A stretch of 64,000 nucleotides of DNA, taken from contig NC_045696.1 of assembly GCF_009834535.1 (NCBI RefSeq), positions 15,998,001-16,062,000 of the forward strand, given 5' to 3'. The notes beneath the pieces were generated by a model. That model was not told where the DNA came from, did not search any database, and saw only the letters and a list, made by a program, of their open reading frames with translations. This document shows positions 29,024 through 39,900 of the stretch, in pieces (the first letter of the stretch is position 1; each line of letters opens with the position of its first letter). The stretch is from Camelus ferus (lineage: Eukaryota). The position numbers were made by a program, and so were the translations under genes.

Positions 29024-29795
29024 AATCAGAATGCATTTAGAGAACAGCCAGGGTGTGGCAGGAACCAGAAACAGGTTCCACTGTGCCACGTGTGCACCTG
29101 TTGAATGACGTGCCTGTGTTACTGTGCAAAGAGAGGACTCTGGAGGCAGGAGCAGCGTGAAAGCTGTTGGCAAATATGTGAAGATCTGTGACGTGGAAAA
29201 GACTTGTTTGGCTTGGCCACAGATGTACAACAAGGACCTCTGGGTGCGAGGTGAAAGGGACGGGATGTGGGCTTTCATTGGGTAAGAGCTTTCTAGTAAC
29301 CAGAACAGCCAGAAGACAGAATGCACTGTCTGAGGAGTTAGGGAATGCCTCCCAAGCTGAGGCATTTAGGTCTAGGCTGGGAATGTTGTGGCGATTCCAG
29401 CCAATGGGTGCTCAGTCCCCTCCCCAGTGCTGAGTTCCAACTAGAGATGTTCTCCTATTTACTGCTCAGAGGATCCTGAAGACACCTCGGGGCAGGAAAT
29501 GGCATTAAACACAGAACAGCGATAGTGGCTGAAAATTAAACACCATCAGGCTCTCTGAGTGGTGATGAAACAGGAGAAAATGTAAAGAACGTCCATCACT
29601 CTGACACAGTCAGGAGCTCATCACCCCCACGGAACATCTTCTCCAGGGATGGTGACTGCGGTGCATTTCAACAGGGGGAAGGGAAAGTGCCAAATCTAAG
29701 AACTTTTATTTTCATAGATTATAACCTCACCTCTGTATTTCCGAATTCTGTGCTCAGTAAAAGTCCCTTACTCTTAAAAATTGCTTCCTCCCTCC

Positions 29796-29950
29796 CAGGA
29801 CTGACTTCATGGGCACACAATCGGTGTGGTCACAGAGTCCTGTTGTGCTCAGAAGGACCCTATTCTTGGTTAAATATTCTTAATTTTGGAACAAAAGGTC
29901 CCATCTTTTCATTTTGCACTGGACCCTGTAAAATTTAAGAGTTGGTCCTG
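29796..29950. mobile_element. MER53-like hAT MITE
   Basis: caggactgacttcatgggc...gctcagaaggaccc...ttttcattttgcactggaccctgtaaa...ggtcctg; imperfect 8-bp TSD ctccctcc/ctcctttc. Confidence 0.75.
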
Positions 29951-31096
29951 CTCCTTTCCCGTCTTTGAGTCAAACTCCTCTCTGCATTCAATTGCTCCTA
30001 CAAACCTTGGGCAGAGGGAATTGTGGTGGTGCCTAAATGTTTGGAAGCAACTGGGTTTTGCTGTCACTTGGGCATTTCTCTGCAGTCCCAACCGCTGTCA
30101 GCTTTGCGAGAAGTTCCCTCTCGGCAGCTTCCTCACTTCTCAACGGAAATAGTAACAGTAGGGGCCTCATTGGTTTTGGTAGGAAGTAAATGACTTAAAG
30201 CATGTTAAACAAATAATTCGCGGTAAAAAGTATTTGTCATTATTTGTTGAGGACATTCAAAGGTCATTCAGGGGAAAAAGTAACCCAGGGATCAGGCTTG
30301 GATGCTTAGAGGGGGTAAAGGCAGGAGACATCTAGAGAAGCTGGCAGAGAAACGCTGACATCTTGGGAAGGAAGTCTGCATCCTCCTTGGCCGAGCCATG
30401 AGCCCAGGGCCAGAGTCTGTGGCTTCATTCCGTCCCACCAGGCCCACTGTGGACTGTGGCTCAGAGACACCTGCTCCTTCAGGTCAACAGCAGGGGATAC
30501 ATCTGGGCAGTTCTAGACCATTCTAGACTCACTGGGCACTAACTCGGCATTGGACGGTGTGTGTTTAGGAGAAGGTGGCTTCCCAGAAGTTTCACTTCTG
30601 TAATTTAGGACAGACACAAGGAAGCACAAGGACGGAGTTGGAGGTCACAAGTTCTGAGGTATGGGGGTCGGTCATCTTTCCAGACCCCTTCCCTCTTAAC
30701 TTTTACTTCACCCGCATCTCAGATTACATTCCTGTCTGATAAAAAAATCCCTGATGACATCCCCTTCTCAAAACAAAAACAAAAAAGACAACAAATAAAC
30801 AAAAATTTAAAAGAAAACAACCTTTTTTTCAAGGAGAAGTAAATAGGTCGCCGCTTCTTCTCCGGGTCCGGCGCCCTGCTCCTTTGGTTCGGTCTAAAGA
30901 TAGAAATTCCAGGTTGCTCGTGGCTGCTTTTGACGGAAAAAAAAATGAGGTTTTTTTGCTCTCCCAACGAGCAAAGGGATCCTATTTCCTTTAAGCTTGC
31001 CTTGTTCCCATTCTCTTCCAGAAACACCTCCCCCCACCTCTCCAAACCGAGACAAAAAACGGAATGCGGATAAAAACGCACCCCGCAGCAGCGCTT

Positions 31097-31103
31097 TATA
31101 AAA
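31097..31103 (+). promoter_or_regulatory. TATA-box-like motif about 380 bp upstream of the main TSS
   Basis: gctttTATAAAAagg-type motif (TATAAAA) embedded in GC-rich sequence. Confidence 0.5.
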
Positions 31104-31133
31104 AGGCACCCCCGCGAGGCCTGCGGGGTCGGA

Positions 31134-31140
31134 TGAGTCA
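31134..31140 (+). promoter_or_regulatory. AP-1 site at about -345
   Basis: Perfect TGAGTCA at the position of the known distal APP AP-1-like site. Confidence 0.75.
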
Positions 31141-31385
31141 AGCTCACGGGAACGAGCGGGGAGCGCTCCCGACTTTTCTGGAGCTCAAACGTCCTACGAC
31201 TCACCTTCCCCTGATCCTGCACCGTCCCTCTCCGGGCCCCAGACTCTCCGTCCCACCGCTCGCGGGGCCAGGCGGCCGGCGGCGGGCGAGGCGCACGGGG
31301 AGCCGAGGGGAGCCGGGGCGCCGCACCTGTGGGCGCCGGGGACGCAGGCCCCTCCCCGGCGGAGCGGGCGCAGCTCACCGGCGGC

Positions 31386-31397
31386 GCCGCTAGGGGT
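31386..31397 (+). promoter_or_regulatory. APBbeta element (CTCF site) of APP promoter
   Basis: GCCGCTAGGGGT at -93..-82 relative to inferred TSS; known CTCF-binding APP promoter element. Confidence 0.92.
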
Positions 31398-31415
31398 CTC
31401 TCTCGGGTGCCGAGC

Positions 31416-31438
31416 GGGGTGGGCCGGATCAGCTGACT
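31416..31438 (+). promoter_or_regulatory. Sp1 GT-box plus APBalpha E-box (USF/AP-4)
   Basis: GGGGTGGG at 31416-31423 and TCAGCTGAC at 31429-31437, the known proximal APP promoter elements. Confidence 0.85.
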
Positions 31439-31540
31439 CGCCGGGCTCCGAGCCCCGCCGCCGCGCTGCTGCTCCGTCAGTTTCTTCGGCAGCCGTAGGA
31501 GAGAGCACCAGGAGCTGCGTGAGCGCGGGGCCATCGGAGA

Positions 31541-31563
31541 CGGCGGCGGCGGCGGCGGCGGCG
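31541..31563 (+). repeat. (CGG)7+CG trinucleotide repeat in APP 5'UTR
   Basis: Direct read: cggcggcggcggcggcggcggcg. Confidence 0.95.
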
Positions 31564-31592
31564 ACACCGGCAGAGCAAGGGCGCGGCGGATC
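31541..31592 (+). promoter_or_regulatory. APP 5'UTR iron-responsive element-like region (CAGAGC motif) with upstream CGG tract
   Basis: CAGAGC at 31571-31576 in the context ccggCAGAGCaagggcgcggcggat, matching the reported APP type II IRE region. Confidence 0.65.
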
Positions 31593-31635
31593 CCACTCGC
31601 ACAGCAGTGCACTCGGTGCCCCGCGCAGGGTCGCG

Positions 31636-31692
31636 ATGCTGCCCGGTTTGGCACTGGTCCTGCTGGCCGCCTGGACAGCTCGGGCGCTGGAG
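31636..31692 (+). CDS. APP: APP coding exon 1 (signal peptide plus L18-E19), phase-0 intron follows
   Basis: ATG at 31636 in gtcgcgATGc; 57 nt translate to MLPGLALVLLAAWTARALE, the APP signal peptide; followed by donor GAG|GTGGGT at 31693. Confidence 0.99.
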
Positions 31693-34600
31693 GTGGGTAC
31701 CGCGCCTTGGAATGGGGGTGGGGGTACGGTGGGGACCCGATCCCTCTAAGTCTTTCGTCCAGAGAAGCTGGGGGCAGTTGAGGGGCCCCCTCTCCCCTCT
31801 GTGCCCTACGTCCCCGCTTGCGGGCGCCCTGCGCATCCCTGCCTCTGGCCCAGCCCTGCCCCGGGGACGCGCGCTCTGGCCCGCGGAGAGTGAGCGGGCT
31901 AGGCTTCGGGCGCCTGGGTCCGGGCCAGTTGGGGGCGAGAAGAAGAGGAGGCGATCCTGAGCTCAGACCCCGACTCAGTCCCTGCCTGGGGGCCGGGGGA
32001 GGCGAGAGACATCCAGAGGGGAGCTAGGGGAAGAGAGCACGTGGGGAAAACCGAAAACGCAGAGTCCCTGGATCCTATCCCCAAGTCTTGACCTCTGCCC
32101 TTCCCTTTCTCTCTGGCCCTGGGAAGGAGGAGTCGGGACAACTGGGCACCCCCGTCCCACTTCCCTTTGCCTTTCCGCCCGGGTTCACCTTCCCTTCGCA
32201 TCCCCAACACCCCTTCCTTGCCCGACCTCCTCCTCCTTCCTCTTAGCGGCTGCTCGGGCTGCCGCCTGAGTGCGACCACAAGCAGGGTCGCGCACCACCC
32301 TCCTCAGGCAAACTTTGTACATTTCTGCGTCTCCCTTTTGTGTTAAGTTGCGAGAGATGGGAGGGGTCAGAGACCCACAGCCACCTCGTACCTTCCGCAA
32401 GCCAACACATCCCCGGCGTTCGCTCGCACCCTCAGATTGGCCTGGAGAGGCAGAAGGTCCCCGGGAACAAAAGCCGCGACACCCCGCCCTCGCCAGCCCG
32501 GGGCGCGGTAGGCTGAGCCGCGTTAGTCTGTGCGCCACCGAGGCTTCCGCCTGCCTCCCTTCCCCGCGCTGCGCGTCTGTCCCGGAGGGGGTTGGGGCGG
32601 CTCTAGGGAGCCTCAAGGCCCCTCTACTTCCCACCCACCCCCATCACCTCCGAGCCTTGCTAATTCGTTCTTGGTTGTAAAGTCCTTGGGGAGAAATACG
32701 CGGAGAGTGGGGTGTGCGTCTGGAAAGGCAGTTGCGGGCGGTGGGGAGGCACGAGCTCTCCCCTCCCGTGCATCAAAGGAGGTGTTTGTGCGATTAAGGC
32801 GCGGCCTCTTCCCGGGCAGCGCTGGGCACTATGGTTTAGCTCCTCTGGGGGCGTGGGCTGCTGGGAGGGTCCTCAGGGTCTTTTTTTTTAGGGTGCAGAT
32901 AAAAAGGATTGAATTGAGTGAAGATTAAGACGGAGAAGATGGCGCCTCTGCAGTGCAGCAAAGAAAAGCTGTGTGGAGGCTGCAGCCTGGTAAAATCCAC
33001 CCACCACTAGGTGTATAACAAGTCTTCCCCATTCAGCCAACTCTCGAACATTCAGCTCACGCCTGTGCAAAATGACTATTTTCCTTTTTATCTGAAGATG
33101 CCTAGAAATTGTTTGCGTGGATAGTTGGGGCAGAAAAGGTTGTATTTAACATCGTTTGGGTTTTCATTCGGTATCTTACCCTTTGTAGCCCCACCTTTCC
33201 CCATTTTCCCCCCCTTCCTTTTCCCTGCCTCATGGTAATTTTCCAAAAGAGCAATTTCTGGACAATTGTTTTCCTGTAATTCCACTGAGGCTACTGACTA
33301 TCACAGCCTAGTGAAACCACACTGTGGCTTTTTAGTCCCTAATTTACAAGGTCATTGAACTTTTTCCCCTTCTGTGTTTTACCTACAAGTGGCTCAGGAA
33401 ACTCCTCGGAGCTAGTTATGACAGTTTGTTTTAAGAGTTGAAGAATTTGGTTGACCATTAAAAAATGCATTTAATTAAGGAAAACTGGTTTTTCCCATAT
33501 TTAAATTTACTCCTACAATTATTTCAGTTTTCCTGATTGTCTTACACACAATTAAAAAACACAAGTAATTAAAAGCATATCATATTCTTTATATTTGAAG
33601 CTTTTGCCAAAATGTAAATTTTTAACTTTTGGAACAACATTTTTTCCATGTGAAAGAAGGCAGAGTGCAGGCAGGTATGATTCAGACTTCTTTTTTAGCT
33701 GGTTTGATTGCATGTTTTGCTCCTTCTGCCATCGTTTTGGACATTTTCACTGGTTACTGTCACCTCCTTCAAAGGGTGGAGATCAGATTCACATTGGTTC
33801 ATTTGCAAAGCATTAATGGAAGGGTAGGCAATTCACTCTAACGAGGTTTGAGGGGGATTTATCCAGCTAAATCTCTGTCCTCTGAAAAGATGTAATTATG
33901 AGTTGCCTGTCTCTTGCAGGGCTTAGAAAATAGGTCTACTGCAGATGGCTCGAAAAAAGAAATGAATAAGGGCAGTGATAATGGGGCCTCGGCTTCTTCT
34001 GGGGGAAATGTGATTACCTGAGCGGATGATTTTCCCTGGCATAGTGAAAGAAGAGGCGTTAAAAGGGCCCGGATGTTTGTTGATTTAAACTTGCTTCCTC
34101 TTAAGTTTTATTTTCCTGTGTTGTGGGGTTTAACCTAGTCACAATTATCTGCTTTGATAGCTGTGCTAATTCACAGATTCCAGATCCCTACTCACACTGA
34201 CTAGGACTGTGCTAACAGTAGGTGCCTTGGCACAACACAGGGATGCTCAGATTTGATGGTGGGCTGTAAGGAGTCCTGGTCCTTGCTGATCCGTGGGAAG
34301 CCACAATAACCACAGGGCACCAGAGCTGCTCCCTTGTCACCCCAACCAGCAGAGGCGCCTGATGGGCACTCGGGAGGCCATTAGTACTGCAGAGAAGGAC
34401 TCCAGGCAGACTGATGATCCCTGGTGCTGATTGGGAGAGTGAAGAGGCACGTGTAACTAAGGATCACAGGGTTAAATTAGGAATGACTGATTGTAAAAAG
34501 AAAAAAAGGAAAAAAAAGAATGTGATCCACTAAATATTGGGTCAAAGAAAAAAATGGAGAGGTTTTCTTTGTGGAAAAGGCTTTCTCCCTGTTGGTGGAG

Positions 34601-35258
34601 GAGCCCTGATTTTTATTACTGTTTATGGCTTACTAGAGACTTCTAGACAGATACTGGTATGAAGATGAAGGTTGTCGATCATTCTAGAAAGAAGCAGAGC
34701 TATCATGTGCCTTTTAGGTGGCTGTTAAACTGCCACTAAGGAATGTGGTAAAATTCAGTAGAAATGTAATTCTAACCTAGGTGGGGACATGTGTTACCTT
34801 AAGAGACTAAAAAACGTCTTTCATTAATGCACTTCTTTGACTCTGCCTCGTTATGTCAATTACAAATGCAAAGATAAAGCTTATAAATGTACTTTAAAAG
34901 TTAAGCTCCAGGACGTAAGGTTTAATTTGGCTTGCATACACCTTATTTCTCCCCACCCTCGTTCCCTGATCCCCAGGAAGTTTGCAGAGTAAATAAGACA
35001 GGCACATGATTACAAAAGAAAACACAAAGTGTTAAGCACCAAGAGGAAAGTACAAATTAAGCCATATCCTGAGTAAAACTATTAGCAGTTTAAACATCTA
35101 TATTTAAGGAATGAAGAAACAGGAGGATGAGATAATCCTGGAGAATTGCCTGGTGGTTCATTTTCAGCCAGGTTTGTATCTCAGGTCCTGGGAAGGGTGA
35201 TTAAGTCTTTGCAGTTACAGTATTTGTTTACCTACCTCTGTCCACTTTTCCACTCTGA

Positions 35259-35281
35259 GACACACACACACACACACACAC
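35259..35281 (+). repeat. (CA)n microsatellite, about 11 units
   Basis: Direct read. Confidence 0.9.
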
Positions 35282-36714
35282 CCTGAGGGTGCGGGTGGAG
35301 CAAGTGTGGGATTTGATTTTCTTAGTCTCTCCATCTATTCATTTGGAACATTTTTTATTGCTTCTCATTTTGAGCCAAGCTCTGTCCTGCAGCCCTGAAG
35401 ATAGTGTGGTGAACCAAACAGTCTTTTGCTTCAGGAAGCTTCCAGTCAAGGAGGGAAGACAGAGAATAAAAGAATCATTATAAACATGTGTTCATGAGCA
35501 GTGACAGATGCCTTGACGGAAAGGGAGAGTGCAGGGTACACTGTGGAGAGGAGCAGGGAAGTCCCAGTGGGGAGCTGAGGGGCTAAAGGCAGCATCTTCA
35601 GTAGGACCTTGGCTGAGGGAGTGAGTCCGAGAGGAAAAACATGATTCACTGAGCAGCAACAAGGAGGGTAGGGAAAATAAAGTACTTCACTCGTTTTCTG
35701 TTTTGTTTTGTTTTGTTTTTCCTGGTAGTTTTCTACCTCTCTGGGTTCTACTTGACTAAATGATAAAATGGTTTCCTTTTCCTAGTGGGACCTCACATAC
35801 AAATGTATGGAGTGGGAATTGCTCACACAATCTTCTGCACATCCTTGGGAGCACTGTCACCCCGTGTCTCTCAGCCAGTATCCAGTTACACCCTCATGAG
35901 TGGCTGGAGGAAGACAGAGGTGGCAGGTGGAGGTGGCCAAAGTGAAGCACTGAGCAGACCTGAATGAGTAGCACGTTTAAGCAAGAAAATATCTATTTCT
36001 TAATTTTTATTATTGTTAATGAAAAGCAAAGAGTATCTGAACCCTCAAACTAGGTTTGGAAATGGAAACCATAGTGAAGAGGACAATGTTATGTAACTAT
36101 GCCTGCAGTTTAACGTGGATAGTTTAAGAAATAACCATTTCAGTGAGGTCACTATCTGGTAAATAAGATAACCTGGTGAATTTTTTTTCTTTGGAAAAGA
36201 TACCTGGTGAATTTTCCTCTTCAGATTAATGGTTAATAGATATGCCTTACTGGTACCTTTTTAGAAGTAGAAATCTACCCCAAACTGGATTCGAATGACT
36301 CTAGGAATAAAGTAATTCATTAAAAAAAAAACAGCCTGGACACGTTCATGAACTAATACTTCTCTGAAAAACAGTTGCCTGATAGGTTAGTTAGCTGACT
36401 TCAACGTGGAATACAGAGAATTCAGTATGAAATCTTAGCTGAGATGGAGAACTCAGGGGCCATTTTATTTAGACTTTGTGGGGCTATATTTGGAAGAAAC
36501 ATGCAGTAGAGATTTAGCTTGAGCATTGCTAGGATTATAGTATTTTATGAAAGAAGGTAGTGGTTGAAATGGGGAAAATGAGAGGCTTTTAAAAGCCAGC
36601 TCTCTGGAAAGTGGAATTGTTCCTACATTTATAGCCTTGATTTCGACATCAATGTGATGTCAGGCCAGCAGCCAAGTTGTGGGGTTTCTCACGTGTTCAG
36701 GGAAGGTAGCATCC

Positions 36715-36900
36715 CGCAGTGATCAAGAGCCTGGACCGAGCCAGGAATGACTGGGCATAAATCCTGGCTCCGGCCCTTTTGAGCTATTGACTGTGGGCCT
36801 GCTCGTGTCTCAGTTTTTCCCTTTGTAAAATGGGGATAATATTGCGTATGGTTGTTGAAGATAGAGTTAATGTATGTGTAAATTGCTTGGAGTAGTATAT
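36715..36900 (+). mobile_element. MIR SINE followed by TA-rich simple repeat
   Basis: aatcctggctcc...tctcagtttttccctttgtaaaatggggataata...gttaatgtatgtgtaaa. Confidence 0.7.
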
Positions 36901-39900
36901 GAGTTTATATATATATACGCACATATATGCACATATATATGTATATATATATATATAAAAAACATGACACATTATGAAAACTCCATGTTAGTTACAATTA
37001 CTGTTTATGATGATGTGAAATAGATATATTGAATCTCATACGCTGTTGAAAGTTAAAAAAAGGGTATATGATGTTTCACTTATTGACTGATGCACTTGCT
37101 AACCAGTTAAGATTATTGCAGGCATTTGGCAGTATGTTCATGAAAAGAATGAGTGAATTTGATTGAAATTTTAAAAAAGACATTGCAGATAAGATTTTTA
37201 CCACATATAAAATTTTTTAAATACATGTTATAAAATTTCATTGATGAAATATTCATAGGTATTTTATATTTCATTTGGCTTTTTGGAAAACCATTAAAAC
37301 AATTCATGCTCGTAGAAAAACTTGAACAGTACAGAAATGTGTAAAAAGTGTAAGCACTCATTACGCAAATGGGAAAGACCTGTTTTAAATGTTTGCACAC
37401 CCTGGCAGCTTGCTACACATGTCTGATATTGGGCAAGTTTATATTCTGGCTCAATTATTAACTCAGCTATTGGTTGACTATCAGCTATGTGCAGAGCTGT
37501 GAATAACTTGGTTTAGTTTTAAGCAAAGCCTATTCTAGAAAAATGAATAAACATGTTTTGCCAATCTAGGCAGAAATAGAAGATTTCAAATGCCAGCAAA
37601 AGAATTTTGATCTTACCTAAATGCTTGAAATGATCTTCATCAGAGGGCGAGGAAACCAAAAAGCAGACTGCTTGAGAAGATAGCCTTTATGTAAGAAATC
37701 AGTTTACAAAATAAAATGAATTATATTACTAGCCAGATGATGGTAAGCTCTGAAACTTTATCCTGATCTACTGCTTAATTAAAAGGCATCCTTTTTTAAA
37801 TCAGCATACTTTCCTCATTATAAAATAAAAGGTTTTTCAATCTCAGTTTCAAAATTAGGCTAACGATATTTGAGAATACCCTAAATTAGTAATACTGTGG
37901 TTAAGGTATGATTAACACATTGAAGAATCAATAAGCCAAGTCCCAAGGAATCTATATGGGTTTTTTTTTTTAACTCACACCAGCTCAGGTATTTATCCTT
38001 GTCCTGCTCAATCAAAATAAGTGGATTCAAGTAGGAGGAGATAATTAATGTAGCTGTGTTTGAACGTCGTACACAGAGTAGATACAGTGAGGAATGAAGG
38101 TACCACAACCACATAGTAGGGTCAATGCGCAGGGGCAAGGAATAAGCAAGATAAACATTTCAGAAAAGGAAATAGAACAGTAAGCTTGTTTTGTAGATGA
38201 ACAAGTTCTAGAATTCTTAAGGTCTGACTAGTGATGCACCCCAGTGTTGGTATCTTCTAGTTTCCAGAGGGTCTCTCTGTCTCTTTTTATTTTTTCTTCC
38301 CAAGTTGAGATGATTTTTAGCTGAGAAATTTCAGTACGAAAAAAATTTTGAGTGATTTTTTTTTCTTGCTGCTATGAGATTGTTCTTTGCCTTATTCTCG
38401 TTTGTAGAGAATCTAATTTGTCCTATGTGCTCAGTTCGCTTCCATAGAAATCTGCATACTATCTTCACTAGAGGATGTTAGGCATCCTAGATGATTAAGA
38501 CAAATTACTTTCAGCCTCAAAGAATGCTTAGGAGAATAAGAGGTCTGCTCTATCAAGAAAAGTCATTTTGTATTAGATGAAGAAATGCATTATTACTCTT
38601 GTTGCTTTGTTAAATTTCAGAGCCTTAATGGCTGTGATATGTTTTGACCCCATGGAGACATTTTACAGGAATAAAGACAGGTTTAATTCTACTCTTGAGA
38701 TGCAGTTATACACTTTAGACCTGACCTCTTACCCCCTCAGTGACCACAAACTCGTTTGTTGTTTCTCTTGTCTGCACATGCTTGATTACAGTAAAATTAA
38801 CAAGACAACATAATTTTTATTTTTAGTCAAAAATGAAGACAATAGTATGGTCTATTGAGGCTTGGTTACTTCAAAAAAGGACTTTTTATGTTTGCTCTTT
38901 CTATGGGATGGCTTTTCAAAAACATAATTATTGTTTTTATAAATAGCACGACTCAGTCATTTTGTAATGGAATTAACAGGCACACATGATACAGATAGGT
39001 AAGTACTACTTTGTAACCATATTTATTGATTTTTTTTGTCTTTCAAAAAAAGAGTCCTTTTCTACTTTGAAGGTTGAGCCTTAAAACTGATGCAAATTTT
39101 TCGAAATCTTAGCCTAACTCTCCAGAGACTAACATAAATCTTACCATACGAGAAATGATATTTGAGAGCAAATATTCCTCATGTTGATGCTCTTAATTGC
39201 TTGTTACGGTTTATTTAAAACAAATACAGGCTTATCATTGCGGTATATTGGTTTTAAGACATGTGATGAGTTCTTAAAGAACTCCCATAGAAACTTGCAA
39301 ATATGCAGACTGATCATTCTAAGAATAATTTATTCAGATACTTACATATGAAATGAATTAGCAGTTTAAAATTAAAATCAAATTTCTATAGAAAAGTGTT
39401 AACAGAAACCTAGATTTTTATGGGCACACCCAGAAAAGGAAAATTCACTCCTTTGTTTAACCAATACTTTTTAGGTCCTTCCCCTCAGAGGAGCTTACAA
39501 TCTAATGAGAGGCAGACAGAATAAACAGCAAATAGTAGGGGACTTGGGAAAAATTAAGTTGGGTAAGGGGGTAGGGGTTTGCTAGATGGCAGTTGGCTGT
39601 GAGTGTGGTATTTTATGTGATATTATCAGAAAAGTTCTCTGATCTAGGCACCACCCAAATGTTAACTTAGATACCTGGAGGAGAGAGCTATTTAGTCACT
39701 GTGATGTAAAACAATACCTGGGGACAAGGGATCTACTTTGGTGGTTAGATATTAAAAACAAAAATGGTGGAGCAGAGAAGTTGATATTGCCTGTGATCCC
39801 AAACTGTTTCCTATAATTTGTTTCCCCACTCAACGACAATGCCTAGTAGTATTTACTAAGTGTTTGTTAAATGTTTTAAATGAATACTCTAGGAATTTTA

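Larger units (their letters stand above)
31479..31635 (+). other. APP: APP 5'UTR (exon 1 non-coding part), main TSS about 31479
   Basis: Starts tcAGTTTCTTCGGCAGCCGTAGG, matching the recalled human APP +1 region; with +1=31479 the GCCGCTAGGGGT site falls at -93..-82, its known position. Confidence 0.88.
30850..32860. promoter_or_regulatory. CpG island spanning APP promoter, exon 1 and 5' intron 1
   Basis: Very GC-rich and CpG-dense against CpG-depleted flanks; boundaries estimated by eye. Confidence 0.93.

Noticed and set aside
28847..29365. 172-aa minus-strand ORF
   Set aside because: Passes through a (TG)n microsatellite (CVCVCV), no domain
30719..31654. 311-aa minus-strand ORF across the promoter
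   Set aside because: Low-complexity Pro/Arg/Ala product typical of stop-poor CpG islands, no recognisable domain, starts inside APP exon 1 and runs through A/T tracts
31693..31749. ORF continuation VGTAPWNGGGGTVGTRSL after APP E19
   Set aside because: Intron read-through past the GT donor, not APP sequence
34346..34359. CCAGCAGAGGCGCC CTCF-like motif
   Set aside because: One base short of the core spacing; cannot be supported without a PWM scan or ChIP
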